64,000 nt of DNA from a plasmid. Below the pieces are notes generated by a model. It worked only from the letters and a program-made list of their open reading frames with translations, had not been told where the DNA came from and did no database searches. Shown here in pieces: positions 59,122 through 64,000 of this stretch. The position numbers were made by a program, and so were the translations under genes. How positions within the stretch are numbered: the first letter of the stretch is position 1; every line of letters begins with the position of its first letter. Location of the stretch: NCBI RefSeq assembly GCF_054482595.1, contig NZ_JBTHVH010000001.1. One strand, written 5' to 3'.

Positions 59122-59154
59122 TTTGCTCCAATAAATCAAATCTATTAGAGCAAT
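59122..59154 (-). promoter_or_regulatory. bipartite C1 operator between module 3 and the MBL-fold gene
   Basis: Reverse strand ATTGCTCTAATAGATTT (16/17) at 59138-59154, plus weak TTTGCTCCAATAAATCA at 59122-59138. Confidence 0.7.
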
Positions 59155-59296
59155 AAATTATTATCCCAAGCTTTACAGTGCGCTGTAAAATTCAAACCTT
59201 CGGGTCAGTGGCGGAATCGTATTTCACTCACGGAATGAGTATTATTAGTTTTGTCATACATAGCTAGGTAATGAATCACTTGAAGGAACTACGAAC

Positions 59297-60097
59297 ATGT
59301 CCGTGACCATTAGCGTCCTGCTGGAAAACAGACTTAAGCTTGGAGTTAAAAACTCGCTGCGTGCTAAAGCAGGACTTAGTCTGTTGATACAGGATGAAAA
59401 CGATTCAATCCTGTTTGATACTGGGCCTGATGATAGCTTCATGTATAACGCAGGTTTAATGGGGGTCGATTTGACAAAACTGACCGCAGTTGTACTTTCC
59501 CATGGTCACTATGACCACTGCGGAGGTGTTCCGTGGATACCAGACACATGCAGGATAATATGCCATCCTATGGTGTCGGATGAGCGCTATTCGGCAATCA
59601 GGTTTTTAGGCTATACCGCCAGAATAAAAAAATTATCATTACATAATGATTTTTCACGTTTCCGCATGGAATACAGCAACACACCATTGCATATCAGTGA
59701 GCGTTTTATGTGGTCAGGAGAGATCCCTGTTGCCAGGCCACGCGCTTACGGTGTTATCGGGTGTAAGAATACGAAAGAAGATTACGTAAAAGATGAGGGG
59801 GTTTTAATTTATAAATCAGACTATGGGTTGATCATTTTTATCGGTTGTGGTCATTGCGGGGTAATTGATATTGTGCGCCACTGCCAAAATATAACCGGGA
59901 TAAATCATATTCATGCAATTTTTGGTGGTCTTCATCTGCGCTGTGCGTCCCCTCTTATGCTCTGGAAGGTGAGACAGTTCTTACGCCTTCATAAACCAGA
60001 TAAGATAATGGGGTGTCATTGTACTGGCAAATGGGGACGCTTGTGGTTACCGGAATCAACCTCTCCGGCAACAGGTGATGTTTATGTTCTTGGATAG
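59297..60097 (+). CDS. metallo-beta-lactamase-fold hydrolase
   Basis: HGHYDHCGG (HxHxDH) motif, with downstream His/Cys/Asp ligand candidates. 266 aa. Confidence 0.75.
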   Translation: MSVTISVLLENRLKLGVKNSLRAKAGLSLLIQDENDSILFDTGPDDSFMYNAGLMGVDLTKLTAVVLSHGHYDHCGGVPWIPDTCRIICHPMVSDERYSAIRFLGYTARIKKLSLHNDFSRFRMEYSNTPLHISERFMWSGEIPVARPRAYGVIGCKNTKEDYVKDEGVLIYKSDYGLIIFIGCGHCGVIDIVRHCQNITGINHIHAIFGGLHLRCASPLMLWKVRQFLRLHKPDKIMGCHCTGKWGRLWLPESTSPATGDVYVLG

Positions 60098-60211
60098 ACA
60101 TGGTGCTGTTTCTGTTCATGTCGATTGTGTGGTTGGGGGCAAGAAAGAATTCACCTTGCTGAATAAGTCAGAGATGGAGTTGCTGGCTGACGCCTATGAG
60201 ATGGCAAACGT

Positions 60212-60282
60212 CATGCACTAATAAATATATTATTTTTAATGATAAATGATTGACAACTGACAAGTGACTTCAGCCAGAATCA
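60212..60282 (+). promoter_or_regulatory. composite control region: C1 operator-like site, TTGACA, GTGACTT-N4-CAGAAT
   Basis: CATGCACTAATAAATAT (13/17) at 60212. TTGACA at 60250. GTGACTT at 60264. This matches the published description of dual C1/late control of P1 mat. Confidence 0.5.
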
Positions 60283-60414
60283 TCACACGCCCGGTACGGA
60301 TGGATCCCTTTTCAAATATTCCATGGACGGCACAGTCTGAGTACCGGGCGCTACCTTCAGTTGTATGTATTGCTAAGCCGCCGCTGGTGGCTTTTCTTTT
60401 TTGTAGGGGGCGCT

Positions 60415-61056
60415 ATGGATAAGAAAATATGCGTTGTTTCGATGAGCGTCGGCAAACCGGCGTCAATGACTGCTGCATGGATCAATAACGAGCTGATAAT
60501 GGCTGAGCGGACCAGCTACCCTGAACGCCGCCGCGATATGGAACTCCAGCTGCTGCGCGAATTGCGAGAAAAAGAGGAAAAGGGGTTTATCGTGCTGGTG
60601 GAAGAGGAAAACAGCTTTATTACTGGTCGAGTTGGCCAGCGTGTAAGGTTGCGCGATCCCTTCATGAACGGCAGGCCGGTACTAATTGAGGCAATGCAGA
60701 TTTATAAGGAGTTGGAACGCCAGAAAGCAATCAAGTTACCGCGCAAGGAATCCGGCAAATACATCCTCCACCAAAGCATCTTCGATTCCGAACACGATAA
60801 AAAAGGCGATGAATTTTTCAACATCAACTGGAGCGAAATAACGACAGAGCATGTTCTGACGTTACTATGTTGCTTTGCGACGGAATACAACAACGTTGCC
60901 AGCGCCGACTACATCAGGGCAATGGCTGGAGAAGTTGAGGCACGCCAGGAACCATCGTTACTAAGCCCTCTGATTAACATAATTCGCAGAACCCAAACAC
61001 TGGCGCAAAAACAAGTACCACAAGGGGAATTGACGGGTAAAGGTAATTATCTCTGA
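60415..61056 (+). CDS. mat: hypothetical protein, possibly the particle maturation function
   Basis: ATG 60415 after AGGGGG. 213 aa. Symbol inferred only from position and promoter architecture. Confidence 0.45.
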   Translation: MDKKICVVSMSVGKPASMTAAWINNELIMAERTSYPERRRDMELQLLRELREKEEKGFIVLVEEENSFITGRVGQRVRLRDPFMNGRPVLIEAMQIYKELERQKAIKLPRKESGKYILHQSIFDSEHDKKGDEFFNINWSEITTEHVLTLLCCFATEYNNVASADYIRAMAGEVEARQEPSLLSPLINIIRRTQTLAQKQVPQGELTGKGNYL

Positions 61057-61095
61057 AAGATGCCCGGCGATAGACCGGGCAAAAGGGCGGAAAGT

Positions 61096-61344
61096 TTAAT
61101 CAGCATTCAGGAGCAATGCGTTATCTATGATGATCTGCTCCCATTCTTCGAATGCCCGATCGCGGACGCCCTGGGGAACACTGTTAGTTTTGAAATCGAC
61201 GACCGTACGCCATTTCCCGTCCGGACGGTACATGCGCAGAGCTTTACTTCCCCCTTCCCTGCGCACCTCAACGTTATGCTTGTCAGCAAACTCTTGTAAT
61301 GCTCGTAACGTCCCATGCTTTACTGTGTAGTATCGCTTTTTCAA
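61096..61344 (-). CDS. lxc: 82-aa protein, probable Lxc (Bof) C1 co-repressor
   Basis: Length and position (upstream of ulx/darB) match P1. Sequence not verified. Confidence 0.55.
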   Translation of the reverse strand: MKKRYYTVKHGTLRALQEFADKHNVEVRREGGSKALRMYRPDGKWRTVVDFKTNSVPQGVRDRAFEEWEQIIIDNALLLNAD

Positions 61345-61781
61345 GTTTTCTCTCCAGCCTGTGCCAAGGCTTCAACTTCCAAATCATAAGACTCAAACTC
61401 ATAGTCCTGGTCGTCAACTTCTTCAGGCACTGGCAGTAAATGCCAGGCTGAGTATATCTGACCATTATCAAAACGCTCCTGGCTGTAGAGCGTAGCGGCT
61501 ATGAGTGTTAGCGCCGGGCGGTCATAACGGTAAATTTTGCGAACGTCACGGTCAACGAGACGACCGAAATTACCATAACCGCGCTCCAGTAATAATTTTT
61601 TAATTTCCGGCCAGTATGGACCATAGCTGCGGTACAGGCGGGGATTTTTCAGTAATCGCCCGCGTAGCCCTGACAGGAAGAAATCAACGTATTCGTCTTC
61701 TGTCTTTCCTAACAACGCCGTACGCAGTACCGCCTCAAGATATGTTTTATTCGGTTTTATTGTATCAGATAGTGTGGCCAT
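61341..61781 (-). CDS. ulx: protein upstream of lxc
   Basis: 146-aa ORF, ATGA-type overlap with lxc. Confidence 0.55.
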   Translation of the reverse strand: MATLSDTIKPNKTYLEAVLRTALLGKTEDEYVDFFLSGLRGRLLKNPRLYRSYGPYWPEIKKLLLERGYGNFGRLVDRDVRKIYRYDRPALTLIAATLYSQERFDNGQIYSAWHLLPVPEEVDDQDYEFESYDLEVEALAQAGEKT

Positions 61782-61814
61782 ATTATGCGACGCCCGGCGA
61801 ACCGGGCGCTCCTG

Positions 61815-64000
61815 TTATGCGTATTGTTGGATGACGGCCAGAACGTCCGCCACGTTGTGTTTTGTCTCGATAATCCACCAGTTACCCGGGAAATCGCTGT
61901 TCTTTGCCTTCGCTGGCAGCCAGCGAGCGCCGAATTTCGCCTTGATTGCGTCTTTCGCACGGAAAAGAATGCCTTTCATGCCGGACGCCTCCTGAAGCCC
62001 AAATACCTCGCCAGCGGCGAATTTTGGTGCGTACATCATCTTCAGGTCGGCGGTGGATACGCGATAATTCAGACCAAGAGACTGAGCTATGCTGGTGGCA
62101 TCACCCTGTATTGATGATAACTCTTCTTGTTTCTCGTTTCTGGCGGCAATTTCTTCCTCCGTGATGTTGCCAAGGGCCAGGTTTATCCGATCAGCGTCGG
62201 CCTGTTTCTCTTCATCGGTGCGCCCGGCAAGAACCGTGTTAATTCTCTGCAATATCTCCACATGATTCTTGCGCATGCTGAGCAATTCCGGCGTAACCTC
62301 GTTAAGATCCACCAGCCCAAGGATGGCAAGGTCGGAAAACATTGATACCAGGTTGTAGGTCATGCGATAGCTGAGTTGGCCATAGGCTGATGGCAACTGC
62401 ACCGCATCCATTTTATAGGCATCCATAAATTTAGAGCCGTCGTTTACGACATCCGCAATTGCCGGTGTGATTTTCCCTGTGGTGGCGGCCTCCCTGATTG
62501 CTGTTACCCACGATTGAGTCAGTGCGGCGACTGCATGATTCAGATTGGCTTCCCGTTCTGCTGCGATGCGCGCGCTTGCTGCGTCCATTGCCTGCTTGAT
62601 CTCGGCTTTATTGCTGTAAATGCCAATGGTGCCAAACTGTGCTGTGGTGATCTCATAATCTGACGCCCGGAACTCATGGGTACCGAAAATGGCATTGGTG
62701 ACCTCAAGTTCAGAATCCCCGTTACGAGTAGCCCCCTGGCTTGTTTTCTCCGGCATTCTGGCGATCGCATCCGCTATTTTCTCCTGAATTGCTTCAGGGG
62801 ATAGCGTATCTCCATATGACGCGATTACATCGCCATAATTGGAGCCAAACAGTTCAGTCAGGAATACTTCTGCCAAACGGACCTGGCGGTTATTCCCTTC
62901 AGACATCATACCAAGCACCCATTTTGCAATTGACGACTTCAGCGCGCCGTCACGGCGATCCGGGTAAACCGCATGCTTCAGTGGGTCCGTATAGGTACCA
63001 ACAAAATCAATGCTATAGCCTGACTCTGTAGTCTGAACGCCGTATGAGTCAGTGATTTTGATCATGCCGCGCTGCTGGAAACGGTAGAAATCGTCACAGG
63101 AAATGATGTCGTTAATCCCGGCGATGGAGACGCCACCACTGATTTTCTGCATAACAGCATCTTCATCGGGAGTTACATCCACCTGTTTATCCAGCGTCTT
63201 CACATCCCAGTTACCCGATTTGGTGCCTCTTAAGGTAAAGATGATCTCCACGTCTGCGCGCTGGCTGTCGAAGTCCAGCGACTTAATGCGAACGATATCA
63301 CCGGCACAATCGTAGTATTGGCCTACACGCCATGAGCGATCGCCGATAACAAGGAACTCATTCGCATGGTTAACCAGATCAGGATCAACATCCAGAATGC
63401 CTTTATTTATTGCATCCTCCACCAGCGGGCGCAGGCGTTTGATATCCGTCGCGGCCTTCTGAGTACGGTTCAATAATTTCTCATAGCGGGAGATGGCCTG
63501 AGAGATATTAGCCTTGCGCTGAATGGCGCTTTTCAACGACGCGCGATACTGTGCTAACAACATACGGTCTGTGTGATGGACACTCCCCCAGCGGGCCTTC
63601 CAGTCTGCGTTATCCGCTGCCTTGGCCATTGCCGCCTGTTTGAATTTAGCTACCTCGGCGGTGGTCTTTTCAAGTTCCGCTTTGCTTCGCTCTAATTCAG
63701 CGGTAAGTACCTCCACATCCTCGCCAGCTGCGTGCTGCGCCTTGATGTAGTTCTGAAGGTCGATAGTAGCCTGTTCTTTCTGGCGAGCGCGTTTCGCAGC
63801 TTTCGCCTTATCCATTTGAACCTGCATCATTGCCAGACGTTCGCCGTCATCCTTCGCGGTATACATCTGCATTTCGATCATGTCATTGGCGTCGGCGTTC
63901 TCCATTTCTGACTTATCTGAACGGAGGATATCGGAGATCCAGCCTGCTTTACGCTTCAGCGTCTTCAGTCGGTATTCATCGAAAGACCCCTTGCCGCAGT
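61815..64000 (-). CDS. 3' part of a very large ORF (DarB-like position); open to the right edge
   Basis: The track starts it at M 63905, but the frame has no stop up to 64000 (...CGKGSFDEYRLKTLKRKAGWISDILRSDKSEMEN...). Confidence 0.6.
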   Translation of the reverse strand, partial: CGKGSFDEYRLKTLKRKAGWISDILRSDKSEMENADANDMIEMQMYTAKDDGERLAMMQVQMDKAKAAKRARQKEQATIDLQNYIKAQHAAGEDVEVLTAELERSKAELEKTTAEVAKFKQAAMAKAADNADWKARWGSVHHTDRMLLAQYRASLKSAIQRKANISQAISRYEKLLNRTQKAATDIKRLRPLVEDAINKGILDVDPDLVNHANEFLVIGDRSWRVGQYYDCAGDIVRIKSLDFDSQRADVEIIFTLRGTKSGNWDVKTLDKQVDVTPDEDAVMQKISGGVSIAGINDIISCDDFYRFQQRGMIKITDSYGVQTTESGYSIDFVGTYTDPLKHAVYPDRRDGALKSSIAKWVLGMMSEGNNRQVRLAEVFLTELFGSNYGDVIASYGDTLSPEAIQEKIADAIARMPEKTSQGATRNGDSELEVTNAIFGTHEFRASDYEITTAQFGTIGIYSNKAEIKQAMDAASARIAAEREANLNHAVAALTQSWVTAIREAATTGKITPAIADVVNDGSKFMDAYKMDAVQLPSAYGQLSYRMTYNLVSMFSDLAILGLVDLNEVTPELLSMRKNHVEILQRINTVLAGRTDEEKQADADRINLALGNITEEEIAARNEKQEELSSIQGDATSIAQSLGLNYRVSTADLKMMYAPKFAAGEVFGLQEASGMKGILFRAKDAIKAKFGARWLPAKAKNSDFPGNWWIIETKHNVADVLAVIQQYA

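Overview
The window is a 64-kb stretch of a P1-family temperate phage-plasmid. All identifications come from reading the sequence and ORF translations and from memory of P1; no alignment or database search was run.

Gene order follows P1: immI (c4-icd-ant), kilA-repL, tail and head genes 21/22/23, parS-parB-parA, incA-repA-oriR, hrdC-dmt, a tRNA cluster, ban, the tail/baseplate operon, the pmg/ppp/pap block, hot, humD with a LexA box, phd-doc, lpa, pacA (with the pac site)-pacB, c1-coi, loxP-cra-cre, then lxc-ulx and the 3' part of a darB-like gene. About 20 C1 operator-like sites (ATTGCTCTAATAAATTT family) and six late-promoter-like motifs (RTGACWW-N4-hexamer) punctuate it.

Features that depart from my memory of P1:
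- Three c4-icd-ant antirepressor modules instead of one. Each has a C1 operator and a ~77-nt c4-type antisense RNA. The recognition boxes and both mRNA target copies co-vary, giving three different specificity codes. Two modules sit as inverted repeats around c1-loxP-cre.
- A ~1.5-kb GC-rich, ORF-poor region around tRNA-Asn and tRNA-Thr. It holds a terminator-ended structured RNA candidate and four related long hairpins with a conserved base and compensatory distal stems. One hairpin is tRNA-like and follows the tRNA-Thr CCA end after a 3-nt gap.
- A RepA/iteron set that differs from what I recall for P1, plus a two-gene insertion (including a T5orf172/GIY-YIG-like ORF) between incA and parA.
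- AT-rich cassettes at known variable spots: an envelope gene pair where sim should be; a DUF3800-like gene with a coupled partner after repL; and an MBL-fold hydrolase where ref/res/mod would be (res/mod absent).
- A block of Ea22-like, DUF551 and small membrane ORFs at 41-46 kb.

No CRISPR array, IS element or rRNA was seen.
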